A stretch of 64,000 nt of DNA. Origin: Octopus bimaculoides. Taxonomy: Eukaryota. A model generated the notes under the pieces. The model was not told the DNA's origin. It made no database searches and saw nothing but the letters and a program-made list of their open reading frames with translations. The position numbers were made by a program, and so were the translations under genes. Position 1 is the stretch's first letter. Every line of letters begins with the position of its first letter. The DNA lies in the NCBI RefSeq assembly GCF_001194135.2, contig NC_068983.1, forward strand, positions 166,301,779-166,365,778, read 5' to 3'. Below, in pieces: positions 1-12,684 of this stretch.

Positions 1-294
1 CACACATTATAGACATAGGGCAGGGAATTGTCAATTAATTAATAAATTAATAATCAACAATTTAACAATTTTACCAAGTAGTTCGGTCTGCAAAAAAACC
101 ATTATTGGTAAAACTTTTATAATTATAAACATAATTAAGGGACCAGCAAAAATTGCTTCACCAACATACCGAAAATTTAGAAATAGCAGTTAAAATACTA
201 ATTCTACTACTACAATATGTCTCCACAGATAGCAATATTCATGACTGACATAGGCAAAAGAAGAAAAATAACAAAACCAACCTGTCGTTAGATA

Positions 295-355
295 ATCATG
301 GACGCATCTCGGGATTAGAATTGTGTAAAAATCCATTTCCTCTCTTCAGCATGAT
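295..355 (-). ncRNA. Minimal type-I hammerhead ribozyme motif, degenerate (GAAA->GAGA)
   Basis: Minus strand: ATCATG-CTGAAGA-GAGGA...TCCC-GAGA-TGC-GTC-CATGAT; stem I ATCATG/CATGAT. Confidence 0.6.
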
Positions 356-496
356 ATTCTAGATTATAAATTTGAAAATACTGACATCGAGCATCACATA
401 AGAGAACCAGATGCTGGTTCTCTAGATGTGATGCTTGATGTCACATGATCAAATGTGCATGGGTTTATCAGCATTTTCAAATTTATAATCTAGAAT

Positions 497-557
497 ATCA
501 TGCTGAAGAGAGGAAATGAATTTTTACACAATTCTAATCCCGAGACGCATCCATGAT
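497..557 (+). ncRNA. Minimal type-I hammerhead ribozyme motif, degenerate (GAAA->GAGA, GTC->ATC)
   Basis: ATCATG(497-502) CTGAAGA(503-509) GAGGA...TCCC GAGA(542-545) CGC ATC CATGAT(552-557). Confidence 0.6.
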
Positions 558-627
558 TAACTAACGACAGGTTGGTTTTGTTATTTTTCTTCTTTTGCCT
601 ATGTCAGTCATGAATATTGCTATCTGT

Positions 628-636
<9 letters not shown>

Positions 637-667
<31 letters not shown>
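637..667. repeat. (TA)n microsatellite
   Basis: Direct reading. Other (TA)n tracts near 2468, 2872, 4660, 39617, 55398, 56896, 61966, 63217. Confidence 0.95.
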
Positions 668-673
<6 letters not shown>

Positions 674-2220
674 ATTTTAATGATTTTTAAATAACAAAAA
701 GTTTAATGAATTAAACTTATGAATTTCATATGAGCCACATTTAATAAAGGATTATCAAAAACAATAGAATTGTCAAGAAAGCAATTTATTAAAAAAATAT
801 ATCCAGCAATGAGAAATTAGTAAACGTCTTCCACCAAGATTATGGTTTTCACAAAAATACAAATCTGAAATTAGTGGGAATGGTGTAATAGACTCTGCTA
901 GAGCAGAATCATTTTTTAAAAATTGTCTGGAAATAATATTTCAGTGTCAATGGGAGCTAATCAAGGTTAGTTCTAGTTTTAAAATGTATAATCCACACAA
1001 CCTGGACAAAAGATTTCTGAATAACATTCTAATTTGTAGGATAAAACAAAATTCAATTCATAAAAAGAAAAAAATACCATATTGCCATATAAGAGTAAAT
1101 ACATGGATCTCAACAGGCTAATTGCATTGACACCAAAGGAAATACAAAACAGTCTAAAAAGATCCCTTATATCAATGGAGCATGTCATGAAGAAGAAACT
1201 GTTCTCTGAAAACAGAATACAACAATAACAGCATATTCATATTCAGATCTGCTGGAAAGTGTTAAAAGTGGTTGCTTTTGTCATTATTTTGATTCTCACT
1301 GTTCTCCAAGATCATTATGAATTATCATTAGTTTGGCTGATATTAGCATGTGTCGGCAAATAATTAGTTTGTGAATTCTATACAGAAAAGATAGAAATCT
1401 TGTTTTGATTCATTGACATAGGAATAGCTTTGACTGAAAGAGACACAACCAAGGTGAAACACCAATGTCTCAAAGACTCTTTGCTTCAATGAATCATGTG
1501 TGTTGTGAAAACACATTGTTTGAAAGGAGAAGTTATTCTCCAAAGATGAAAGTGATTAGCATATTAATGTTCAAATCTGCTAAAACATTAAAAATGAATA
1601 TGTGCTAATGTTTTAATTCTCCATTTGTTATTCTGACTTAGTCTTTTATTTTCATTTACATCTTCAAATCAAAAGATCAACAACTGGGTACAGAAGAGTC
1701 TTCAGCTCTTAATATATGAATTGGTTTTGCCTAGGTTACTGCTGTTTGTTTGCATGTTCCCTTCCCTCCCATCATTCCTCTGCAGTCTCTTGGATTCCTT
1801 ACTGAAACAATAATCTTTAATCAACTAGATATCGAGAGATCAGTAAATCTTGCAAAAAATCTTAAAATCAACTTTCCTCTAATAAAAAGAACAATTTCAA
1901 ATGTCAACTGACCAACACAAATAGTTATAACCACAGGAATGGCAGTTCAAAGGTAGCTCGTAAATGCAGATCGTTCTGTTTGAATTAGTATCTGTAAATA
2001 AATGTCAGTTACCTACAAACACCTAAATACATCTCCAAAGTTTCAAAACTAGAATTTGACACCTTCCTTAAATTATTATCATACTCAATTGATACAATTA
2101 TCAAATCATCTCAACTGAGGTAACCAACCATTACCAAGGTTTTTAGTAAGAGGAGATAATCTTGAATTAACTACGTTTGCTTATAATTCATTCAACAACT
2201 ATTTAAGCCTCCAATCAGGA

Positions 2221-2465
2221 CATCGTTGTTTTCACATCCATTTTTCCATGCTTGCATGTGTCAGACAAAGTTTACTGAAACAGCTTTTCACTGGCTACAT
2301 GCTCTAGATGTCGCTACCTCTCACTTATTTCCAAGCAATGTAATATTGCCCAACAATGAGATATTTTTCACAGAATACTAGAAATGGGTAACACTGCTTC
2401 CATAAGAATGACATTCAATTACAACAACCACACAATATCAAAACAAGGAGACACAAACACACATA

Positions 2466-2470
<5 letters not shown>
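2221..2470 (-). mobile_element. SINE A2 tail (RTE-type 3' end), decayed
   Basis: tttccatgcttgcatg...tcacttatttccaagcaa...aaaacaaggagacacaaac matches 5590-5815 and 50850-51100. Confidence 0.6.
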
Positions 2471-2504
<34 letters not shown>

Positions 2505-2867
2505 AAAAATTAAGGTACTCAGAAATCTGGATGTTTGTACATTTACAGATTTTTATTAATGTCACATATTAAATAAAGCGCTTTTCACCTAGTCGTGTAG
2601 GATTTTCAAATTGATTTGAGAAAACTTTGCGGAGGGTCTCTTTATATAGTTTTATTGAGTGTGTAGGGGTGGAGAGAGAGAGATATAGGATAGTAAGAGA
2701 GGGTGAGGAAAAGTGAGAGAGAGAGAGTGTGTGTGTATGTGAGTGTGTGTTTTTTTTTGTGTTGGTGTGTGTGTCTCTGTGTATGCGTGTGTGTGTCGAT
2801 GGGAAAGAGAAAAGAAGAAAATTGGGTTCATAGCTGGTTAGTTCTTTTCAATAAGTTTATTTTTAGC

Positions 2868-2904
<37 letters not shown>

Positions 2905-2905
<1 letters not shown>

Positions 2906-3040
2906 AGACACTTATACAACAAGCTTCTTCAGTTTCTATCTAACAAATCCTCAGGGGTTATAGTAGAAGACATTGCCCAAGAGGTCACACAGTGGGACTG
3001 CACCCTAAACCACATAGACGGGAGGCAAACTCCTCCCTTT
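2905..3040 (-). mobile_element. SINE A head (tRNA-derived, CORE-like), decayed
   Basis: tatagtagaagacattgcccaag...cagtgggactg matches the head of 32580-32745. Confidence 0.6.
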
Positions 3041-4090
3041 GTATGATGTAACAAACACCGTATTCCCTAAGTGAGACTAAAGCAGCATAAATAAGGAGCT
3101 AAATGTGCAAGTTGTTACCAGTCATTGAATTACTTCCCTCTGAATTTTTGGGGTCTGTTTGTACAGGGGTGGCTAGGGCCAGTTGACAAACAAATATTCA
3201 ATAAGCATGTGTGCACAGTAACAGGAAAGCACAAACAAGCACAACGATCAAAAAAGTAAATCAGACAAGAAGAAAAAAAAAATAAAGAAGTTGTTTTTAG
3301 CAAGAAAAACATTAAATTGTGAACAGTTTATCAGAATGTAGCTGTTGAGAGACTTCATGAAATTCTAACTGAAATGAAATCAATAAAAAAAGAAAGAAAA
3401 AACTAATAACAGTCTCAATGCACAAAGTCAAAAAGTAGTGAAACAAAAGGGTAAGAACAGACGCCAGCTCTCTGTGGATTTGATGAGTTTAGTGGGGAGG
3501 AAAATTCAATAAAAATTTCACCAATCAAGAAAACTTAGTTTCTGATTTAGTTTACAGACCAAGGTACAGAAGGAAGTTTGTTTGATAAGCAGAAATTAGG
3601 ATCAGCTCAGAAATGATAATATAATGGCTGAGTGTGGGTTGTTGTATTTGTGTGTCTGTGTGTGTGTGTGTTGGATGAATTAATGATTATCATATCACCA
3701 TAGCAACACTGAATGAAATAAATGAAGAGAGCAAAAAAAAAAAATATCATTCGTTTCAATCAAATTTATTCATAGCAATTCGTATAAGATCCAAAAGTAA
3801 TTATGGCTGAACTGTTACAGAAAAAGAGATCCCTTTCTTTGAAATTTTAGATGAATCGCAAAGGGCAACAGCAGAGGATTCACTTTTGAGTCAGACTCTC
3901 CCTAACAAGAATCAATATTCCAGTGGAAGTATAAGGGTCAGCAATTCTCAAGATATCTAAATAACATTAACAAATACAATGCTAAAACTAGCCAATCTAT
4001 ACAAATAAAGTAACAAAGGATTAGATTTCTTCATAAAAGAGGGTGAGGTAGAAAAATCTACTGTTGAAACATTTATCAAGAATGATGAAA

Positions 4091-4388
4091 CCAAAGACTT
4101 GTGAGTGGATTTGGTAGATGGAAACTGGAGGAAGCCTGTCGTATATGTATATACATGTATGTGTGTGTATGTGCATGTATATGTTTGTGTGTCTGTGTTT
4201 GTCTCCACCAACATTGCTTGACAACTGATGCTGGTGTGTTTGCATCCCCGTAACTTAGCGGTTTGGCAAAAGAGCTCAATAGAATAAGTACTAGGCTTAC
4301 AAAGAATAAGCTCTCGAGTCGATTTGCTCAACTAAAGGTGGTGCTCCAGCATGGCCGCAGTCGAAATGACTGAAACAAGTAAAAGAGT
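4091..4388 (+). mobile_element. SINE A1, 5'-truncated
   Basis: gtgagtggatttggtagatggaaactg, (TG) tract, then gtggtgctccagcatggccgcagtc...gactgaaacaagtaaaagag. Confidence 0.85.
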
Positions 4389-4396
4389 ATGTCATA

Positions 4397-4648
4397 TATC
4401 TTTTACCTGTTCCAATCATTAGAGCGTGGCCACACTGGGGCACCAACTTGAAGAATTTCTTGCCGAATGAATCAACCCCAGTACTTCTTTTTATAAGCCT
4501 GGTATATATTCTATCAGTCTCTATTGCCGAACTGCTAAGTCATGTGGATGTAAACATACCAGCACCAGTTGTCAAGTGGTTGTGTGTGCTGGGGGGACAA
4601 ACACAGACAGAAATACACATGTGTACGTGTGTGTGTATATATGTATAT

Positions 4649-4689
<41 letters not shown>

Positions 4690-4782
4690 TACACACACAC
4701 ACACAAGGCTTTGGTTGGCTGAAGGCTATAGTAGAAGACACTTGCCCAAGGTGCCACACAGTGGGACTGAACCCGGAACCAT
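4397..4782 (-). mobile_element. SINE A1, near full length
   Basis: Reverse complement of the same family, including B-box GGTTCAGTCCC and gcaccttgggcaagtgtcttctactatagcc; tail-to-tail with 4091-4388. Confidence 0.85.
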
Positions 4783-5080
4783 ATCAGTAATATACCAGTC
4801 TAGAAGTTATTATCTTTTCTAAAAGCACATCATCTACACAGCCAGTTACTTAAGGTTAATAAAAGGTGAACCCTTACAATAAGTTGCTATTATCATCCTA
4901 ATTCCAACAACTTGTATTATCATTGAGACTGCCATCATTAGACAAGACATTGAATTGCTTTAGTTAGTCATAAGGTTAATATAAATGAACTGAAGCTGCA
5001 AATTACGTAGCATTCTTGGATATTTTGAACAAATCCCATCTCTTTTACACTTTTGCGTGTTATTATTACCCAAGTGACCA

Positions 5081-5300
5081 AGGAGGTGAGCTGGCAGAAT
5101 CGTTAGCACTCTGGTTGAAATGCTTAGCAGTAGTTCGCCCGTCGCTACATTCTGGGTTCAAATTCCACCGAGGCTGACTCTGCCATTCATCCTTTCGGGG
5201 TCAGTAAAGTAAGTACCAGTTGAACAATGGGGTCAATGTAATTGATTCATCCCTACTTCCCCCAAGCTGCCCTAGTGGCAAAAATATGAAATAATTATTA
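5081..5300 (+). mobile_element. SINE B (tRNA-derived, ATT-tailed)
   Basis: A-box-like TGGCAGAATCG, B-box GGGTTCAAATTCC, central gccattcatcctttcggggtcagtaaagtaagtaccag, tail aattattat. Confidence 0.85.
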
Positions 5301-5319
5301 TGAAGAAGCCGTGAGCTTT

Positions 5320-5815
5320 GACTGAGAAAAATGCATACAAATCAATCATATGGTTTCTGTTTCACTGCAAGGCACTTTGGGCAAGTGTCATCTACTATAG
5401 CCCCAGGCCAAACAAAGTGTTGGGTAGGCAGAAACTAAAAGGATCCTATTTTGTGTGTGTATGTGCGTGTGCATGCATGTTTGCATGTGTGTGTGTGTGC
5501 ATGCATGTTTGCATGTGTGTGTGTGCGTGCGTGCATGTTTGCATGTGTGTGTGTGTGTGTGTGTGTGAGTGTGGCCTTGTCTTGACATTACATGACAGTT
5601 GCAAGTGAGTGCCACTGTCATATAAGTGTTATGTTTTCAGTCTTCTGCCAATACCATGCCCAGACAAGAAGAACAAACAATACCTTACTTGGAAACAGGT
5701 GAGGGTTGGCAACAGGAAGGGCATCCAGCTGTAGAAAATTTGCTTCAGCAAAATGCTATCTGACCCATGCAAGCAAGGAAGAGTGGATGTTAAAAAATTG
5801 ACGATGATGGTGATG
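5320..5815 (+). mobile_element. SINE A2 (tRNA/CORE-like head, TG tract, RTE-type tail)
   Basis: gcactttgggcaagtgtcatctactatagcc head, compound (TG/CATG) tract, ggaagggcatccagctgtagaaa...gatgatggtgatg tail. Confidence 0.8.
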
Positions 5816-7864
5816 AATCACACCTTTTGAATTTTACATGACAACCAGCAAAAGTAGACTGATTAAAACATAGAGCAAACACACACACGCATTGAGGATT
5901 TTATAGTTATACAAAACCTCGTTACTTTCATTGTCTTTGGATGCCATTTTCTCTTCATTTTCATCATCAAGTAAGAATTTTTTTTAATGCCACTCCTGCA
6001 TTATAGACATTGTTATCCACTATGGTGTGTTTGCATGTGTGTGTGTGCATGTGTCATGCCCTATTTTACAGGTTAGGGTCTTGGTTTCTCTTTCTTAGTA
6101 TTTCTATTTTACTTTTCCCCTTTCTCTTTTCCTTAGACTGGAATGCTACAATAATAATCGTAGGTGTTCACGTTTTGGCTTGTTTACCTTTGATGAAAAA
6201 TGTCAAAGTGATTAACCTTTATTTTCTACCAATCCCGCTATGACCACCATCACCATCAATATCACAACCATGACCACCACCACCACTACCACTGTTGCCT
6301 TCATCATCATCATATATATTGCCATATTATTACCAATATGTTAATGCTATAGCTTCATGACAGTCATTTCTTCTAAGTAAATTTTTCTGTCTACATTTTC
6401 TTTTTAAAATAAACAAATGAATTCTTTCAAACATGACAATTCCATGAAGAAAATATTTACTAATTCTGACAATCTGAGTTGGTTTATACATACATAACTG
6501 TGGCGCAGTGCCATAGACATTAATTTAGCAACTATGGCAAGAATAGCTAATTCGAAATGTATGTATATCATTTATGTGTGCATGTGTGTACACTTTTGTT
6601 TGCTTTGGGTTTTTCTATGAGCATCTACACAACTGTAAATATGACACATACGAAGCTCTGGCTAAGATAAAACAAAAACTCATCTGAGCAAAGGAGGAAT
6701 GTAAAAAACAGGGTAAGTTCAGGGACAAGGTGCAAGGCAAGTTCGTTGTCAAGAATTGTTGGTGTAACAAGAAATAAAAATAACAATCTAGCATCAAATT
6801 TCCATGAAAGAAATTTTATTTGTTTGCCCTAATGTCAATATGCAACTAGCCAAGCTTAGAACTCAATTCACTGTTTTGTTTGTTTGAATCAGAGCATGAT
6901 AAAAGATAAAGAAAAAGAAAGGAAAAAAGAAACAATGTTTATAGTGTCTCAGTTTGCCCTTTGCTATTTTACTGAGAGAAACAGTTTATTGAATATCATC
7001 AAAGAGACCAAAACCAGGAATAACAAAAGAGGAAAATTCACTGCACTCACACACGCACACACACACACGTGTCTATGTGTGAATATGTATATGTGTGTGT
7101 GTATGTGTGCTTGTGTGTGTGCAGTAGTTGTTCAATGAGTCTAAAGCTAGCACAAACACACAGCACTTAGATATCAAGAAATATTAGATCAATCATGGCA
7201 GTAGAGTTTAGTGTGTGTGTGTGCGTGCGTGCATATATATATATATAAGCTTCATAAAAGAAATAAATTGTGATAATAATGATGATATGGGCAGTATATT
7301 ATGATGATGATGATGATGATGACAGCAGTGATGACAAAGATGACGATCTTCAAATGATAAAGGCATGCAATACAGCCTCCATTCAAGTGTGCAATCCAGT
7401 GTAATCTATACACAGCCTACTGCGACTGTAATCAATATGAAGTTGGTAAAATTCAAAATCTGTCTTGTTTTGCTTCTCCTGCTGCTGGAACTACAACACA
7501 GAAACTCTTCACAAATAACTGAGTGAAAAAAAATTTTTTATAATTCCATGCAGTATTTTTTAAAAATTTTTTTATGTGGTACAAAAGGAATAGTGTACAA
7601 GATGTGCTAAAACATCAAATTTATCAGAGAAACAAAAACATATTAGATATGGAAATTGAGAGAGACATTTTTTTGTGGTTATTGTATCAAACAACAACAA
7701 CATAGACAGTCAAATTGTTAATAATGAATTTAAAAACTAAGCTCCATCTTGCCTTAAAAGACTCCCTCCTCCCAGCCATTGCCTTAAAAAAACTCCCTCC
7801 TGCCAGCCATTGCCAAATGGTAAATATTGTATAGGCTGTTATTGATATTCAATACTTACAGCCA

Positions 7865-8282
7865 TTACCACTTTTCTATGCTTGCATGGGTCAGATGCAC
7901 TTCATTCAGGTAGATTTTCTACAGTTGGATGCTCTTCATATCACCAACCTTCACCTTGTTTGCAAGCAAGGTAAAATTCTTCCCAAGCTTGGATATGTGT
8001 TCATGGAAGATTGGAAATGAACAGCACTGTTTCTGTGGCAATGAAGTGCCTTTTATAATTAATGTGTGAGGTGAAGACTAAGAGAGATAGATTCACACAC
8101 ACAAACACACAGGTGTAACAAGCTTCTTCCAATTTGTATCCATTAAATCTAATGTTAAGGCTTTGATAGGCTCAAATATATAATAGACAACACTTGCAGA
8201 AGATGCCATGCATTGGGACTGAACCCAAAGGCATGGATGTGGTTGGAAAGCAAGCTTCTTAACCATACAGCCATACTGCTGC
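7865..8282 (-). mobile_element. SINE A2, full length, decayed
   Basis: RTE-type tail at 7865-8090, CA tract, head ending aagcttcttaaccatacagcc. Confidence 0.75.
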
Positions 8283-9119
8283 CCCACAAACAAACCTTTC
8301 TTAAATAATTCATTAACAATCAATCAAGTAGTAGTACAAATATCAAAACCATATTGTTGTTACAGAAATATGTGGTATCAAGAAGACAAAAACGGAGACA
8401 TGTAGACAAAACACAATGACTCTAAAGGATCTGAATATTATGACATGGCTATCCAATGAAATCAATGATTACTAATATATGAGATAAACAACAGCAAAAG
8501 TCATTCGAATCAAAACAAGTTATGACATTACTGACAACCAAAATGACATTTTTACACAGCATCTAAACATACACTTATTACATAAACTAATCAAAATACG
8601 AGACATTAAAATACAATGACGTTAAGAGCAAAAAAAAATCTATTACTACACAAAAAAGCAAAAAGAACCTCTATATAATAATAATAGCTGATATGAATAT
8701 CAATTGGTTGGTTCCTTGGTTTCTCCAGTCACACTTAACATCTTAAGACAAGAGCTGAAGGGAGATACAGAGGTGCAGGATAAGTGGAGAGAAAGTATTC
8801 CAGGGGCAGAGGGTTTAGGGGAGAAGTTATACCAATTAGAAAAAAAATTGTTTCATTCAATTTAAAGTAATAAATATTTTTCTTTGGAAAATTACTATTC
8901 ACATCACATTTTATAGAAACGCCAAGAAATTTGATACATGTTAAATTTTGATAATTATTGTATGTATGCCATATTTCCTGATATTACCCATGGTGGCAAA
9001 AAAGTACACTCCCAAAGTTACTTGTCATATGATGGGTAACACCAGTCAAAATAAACACCAAAAACTACATAAAGAAATTACTGATAACTATTATAAACAA
9101 AATATACACAGGGATATAT

Positions 9120-9810
9120 AGGGGCCGGCAATGGCTGAGTGGTTACAAAGTTTGCTTCTTAACCACATGGCTTCTGTTTCAGTCTCTCTGTTTGACACTT
9201 TGGGAAAATGTTTTTACCATAGCTCTGAGTGGATTTTGTAGATGGAAAGACACCCGTCTTGTGTGAATATAGAATATTGGGTTAAAAAATCTCTTGGATG
9301 GAAAGAGTCAAAGGCCACCTGCGGTACACAAACCAGTAAACATGACAGACAATGCTAAGCCTTAAACTAAAGCAACACTTTGAATTTTCTCCATCCATTT
9401 GGAAGCTCTGTTCACACAAGCAAGAATTCTAAGATGTTATCATTATAAGAGTTTAGAAACTTCAAGGGATATAAAATATTTTTAACAAAGAAACATGAGG
9501 TAGATAAAGCTATGGATAATGGCATGTAAAATATTGGGTTAAAAATTCCTGTGGATGGGAAAAAGTCAATGGCTGTCCTTCAGCATGTGTGTATATATAT
9601 ATGTATGTATACATGTGAATGTGTCTGGATGTCTGTTGACATCTGCACTTCTCTAAACATTGCTCAGTTGTCAGTAGTGACGTGGAGTAAAACATCCATA
9701 ATTTGTAAATCAAGTAAGAGTTAGTGACATGAAGGCATCGAACTGTAAAACAAAATATCAGCAATAAATTCGTCTCACCCTTACTAGCATGTGGAAAATT
9801 ACAATGTGTA
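9120..9810 (+). mobile_element. SINE A2 head (9120-9265) and decayed tail (9600-9810) separated by other sequence
   Basis: tggctgagtggttacaaagtttgcttc...acactttgggaaaatg head; aaggcatcgaactgtaaaa...gcatgtggaaaa tail. Confidence 0.5.
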
Positions 9811-10763
9811 AAGCAACAAATACTAGCATAAAGAGAACGCAGACCTCAATGCAGGGACTTATCTAAACAATCTCTAAAATGAAAGAAACTACAGGTACCA
9901 TGCATACAATCATCAGAGGTTAGCAAGATACAAATACTCTCATTGTATATTCAACATTCACAACTAGAGACCTTCTTAGATATTGCAAGAACAGGCATGA
10001 AACCTCACTGCTAGGAGAAGGTGGAAAAATTATGGGTCTTCTGCTGTAGTTTCACAATGGAAATGATGATAATAGTGGTGGTGGTGATGATGATGATGAT
10101 AGTGGTGATGATGATGATGATAGTGGTGATGATGATGAACAACAAGAGCAACATTGCTTATAACAGAAACCTAGAAAGGGGAAAGAGCAAGAGTTGTTTC
10201 AACGAAAGGCTCATTGAAGAGATTGTCTGATGAAAATCTCAGATTTAAGACGAACTGCTGGAGTAGATTGAGGAGAAAAAATATTTTCATTCAAAATAAG
10301 ACAATTATCATGTTTAATCCAAAAACCAATCTTAGAATGGTGTAGAGAATCGAAGGAAAATGAAAGAAATCTATTTGAGAGAGAGAGAGAGAGAGTTTTA
10401 TCTAACGTGTACATTTTTAATTAGATGATTTTAGAAAATCATTTTCCATCAAAACTAGAGATTAAAAAATGATCATGCAAACTAGGTTTCTTGCCAATTC
10501 CATTTTTCTTTCTTTCTTGTCTTCAGACCATAGTTCTAAAGAAATTCTCATGGTTAGCAAATGGTTTTTATCTTTTTATTCCTTCTTCTAAAATTTCTTT
10601 CCATTTTCACACATGGTATGTGTTTTAATTTGCAGATAATGACATTGCTTTTGGTAATGTTTAATAACTTATTATTGTAAAAATCTATATTGGTTTGCTT
10701 TAACCCATGCACTCTTCTAACGGAAGAAGATGGTGAGGTAATAAAATGAAGAAAAATGCTTAA

Positions 10764-10964
10764 CCCTTTTGATAGAAACCTGCCTGAGATTGCTCCTGCT
10801 TCTGACACAAAATTAATGGTCTAAGTAATCCAAGTTAAAACCTTCCATCAAAATTTCATACTAATTTATGTCCCAAACATCTGTTTAATATTGTCTTACT
10901 CAATTCTTCACTATTTTCAAAAGGTAAGGTATTGCAGTAGAAATATGGTAAAAAAAAAAAAGGG
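10764..10964. mobile_element. piggyBac-like MITE
   Basis: TTAA|CCCTTTT ... AAAGGG|TTCA ends; interior is the reverse complement of 12445-12684. Confidence 0.55.
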
Positions 10965-11534
10965 TTCAAGTGAAATGCAGCAATTAATTTACAGAACTAA
11001 AAGAGCAAATAGATTTCTCTAGATAACATCTGATTGCAAGAAACAATTTAAAAAAAGAGATCTCATCACAAAATTTTGTGTATTGCTATTGGGTAGATTG
11101 AAATTTCTCTATCTTTGAATTCAAGTTCTTTCAAAATGATATGCAAAGACAAAGCATTCTTGGTAACCAAAACTTCCTATAAAATACATGTATTCTTGCC
11201 CAAAGAAAAGTTCAAAAGAATTTATGAACAACTGCTGACTAGACTCCAGACATGTAGACTACACATCAATTCATTTGGATTAGTAGCACTTCTCTGGCCA
11301 TAATATTCCATTCAAAATAAAAGTAACCTTATCATACACCATGTCCTTCCATCATAGATTCTTTAGGCAAATCACAACAGGAAATATAACAGTAAAGTCT
11401 GAGATCTTTAGTATTTCGACATGAAGCTGTTTATTCATAAGATATTCCAAACATTCATTAAGACTCTAATAAACCAAGAAGCTTAGTGATAAACCACTGT
11501 AAAGTTTATTTGGCTGCTGCTGCTGCTATTTCAT

Positions 11535-11850
11535 CATAATCATTTAAGGTTCACGTTCTATGCTGGCATGGATTGGACTGATGGGTTCAGGGACAACATT
11601 GTGCTCCACCATCTACTTCAACATTGTTCCTATGGCTGGGTGCTCTTCCTAATTCCAACCACTTTACAATGGGTATTGGTTACTTTTCTCATGACACCAG
11701 CACTAGTGAGGTTGCCATGCAGCTTGCAAAACCCCAAGAAACTCCAACCCCCCACAAAAGACAGCTTTATACAAGGAAATGATGAGTTAAAGTATGAGAG
11801 AAGGAGCCAGAACAGAACCAGAGTTTTGCTGTTGAAGAGCTACATGATTA
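11535..11850 (-). mobile_element. Family E: older RTE-related 3'-end element
   Basis: ctatgctggcatggattggac...gggtgctcttcctaattccaaccactttaca...gcaccagcactagtgaggttgcc; at least 10 related copies in the window. Confidence 0.65.
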
Positions 11851-12444
11851 CTGAGGATTAAATATTTTTAAAAGTCAATCAAAAACAAGAATAAAGACTT
11901 TGAAAACAAAACAAAAAAAATAAATAAATGAATAAATAAAACAAAGCCGATCTTCTCCATTCAGAGTAGACTATCCTGACAAATTACCTCCAGATTTAAA
12001 CAGAAGACAAAATATAATCCTCAAAGAATTACACAATGTCTTGTAAAAAGTAAAGAAAAAAAAAAGAATAGAATAGAATAAAGAGAAAGAAAAAAAATCT
12101 TCAATTGCAAACTATTTTTATCCCATAAAATTATTGATTCCTTCTGTGTATAATAAAACTATTTGCTTTTCAGTTAAAATGCCTACAGTCTTTAGTTGCA
12201 AACCTTCTAAACAGTAAATCTATTGACTTCTTGACCTACTATTTAAATGATTTACATTGCTGCATTCTGATGTTTATGTTAAATACAATTTACTCTAAAG
12301 TCACTGAAATGTGTTCTTTGTGCAGTAGGAAAACCATTTCTTTTTTTGCTTTGTTTTGATTTAACACTAGCTTGGTTGCAACTAAAATTATTCACTTCTC
12401 TTGATTCACAAACTTTTTTGGTCAGAGAGTCTACACAAATTTAA

Positions 12445-12684
12445 CCCTTTTGTAGCTATGTTTCTGTCGAAATATACTGCCTTTGTTTTTTTGTTGTTTT
12501 TTTTTCAATTATTTTTTAAAATATCAAAGAAGTTAGTAAAATGATTTTGACATTATTAAGCTGTTGTTTGAAATATAAATCAACATGAAATTTTAATGGC
12601 ATGTTTTAATTTAGAGCACATAAAAACAATAAGTTTGTATCATAGAAAGAGGGGGCAGCCTCAGGTAGTTTGCTATTAAAAAGG
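12445..12684. mobile_element. piggyBac-like MITE
   Basis: TTAA|CCCTTTT ... AAAAAGG|TCAA; homologous to 10764-10964 and 52750-52920. Confidence 0.55.

Larger units (their letters stand above)
1..628. mobile_element. Penelope-like pseudo-LTR / retrozyme-like fragment with inverted (foldback) duplication
   Basis: 224-410 is the near-perfect reverse complement of 414-628 (loop ATG 411-413; right arm carries 27 extra bp). Each arm holds a hammerhead motif. A (TA)n tract follows at 637. The 1-240 part has a diverged relative near 55260-55400. Penelope identity is inferred from hammerhead plus inverted pLTR architecture; no RT/GIY-YIG ORF seen. Confidence 0.6.

Noticed and set aside
700-1600. Possible decayed LINE reverse-transcriptase sequence
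   Set aside because: Only isolated loose motifs (e.g. DYGF) with many stops; no consistent frame.
5081-5180. SINE heads as tRNA genes
   Set aside because: A/B boxes are present, but there is no cloverleaf and each continues into a multi-copy SINE body.
7751-7814. 31-bp tandem duplication (also a 20-bp one at 18800-18837 and a 12-bp one near 28940)
   Set aside because: Ordinary slippage duplications with no further structure.
10225-10260. CTGATGA followed by an AAATC/GATTT hairpin (hammerhead-like)
   Set aside because: No GAAA directly after the stem, and no stem I/III closure.
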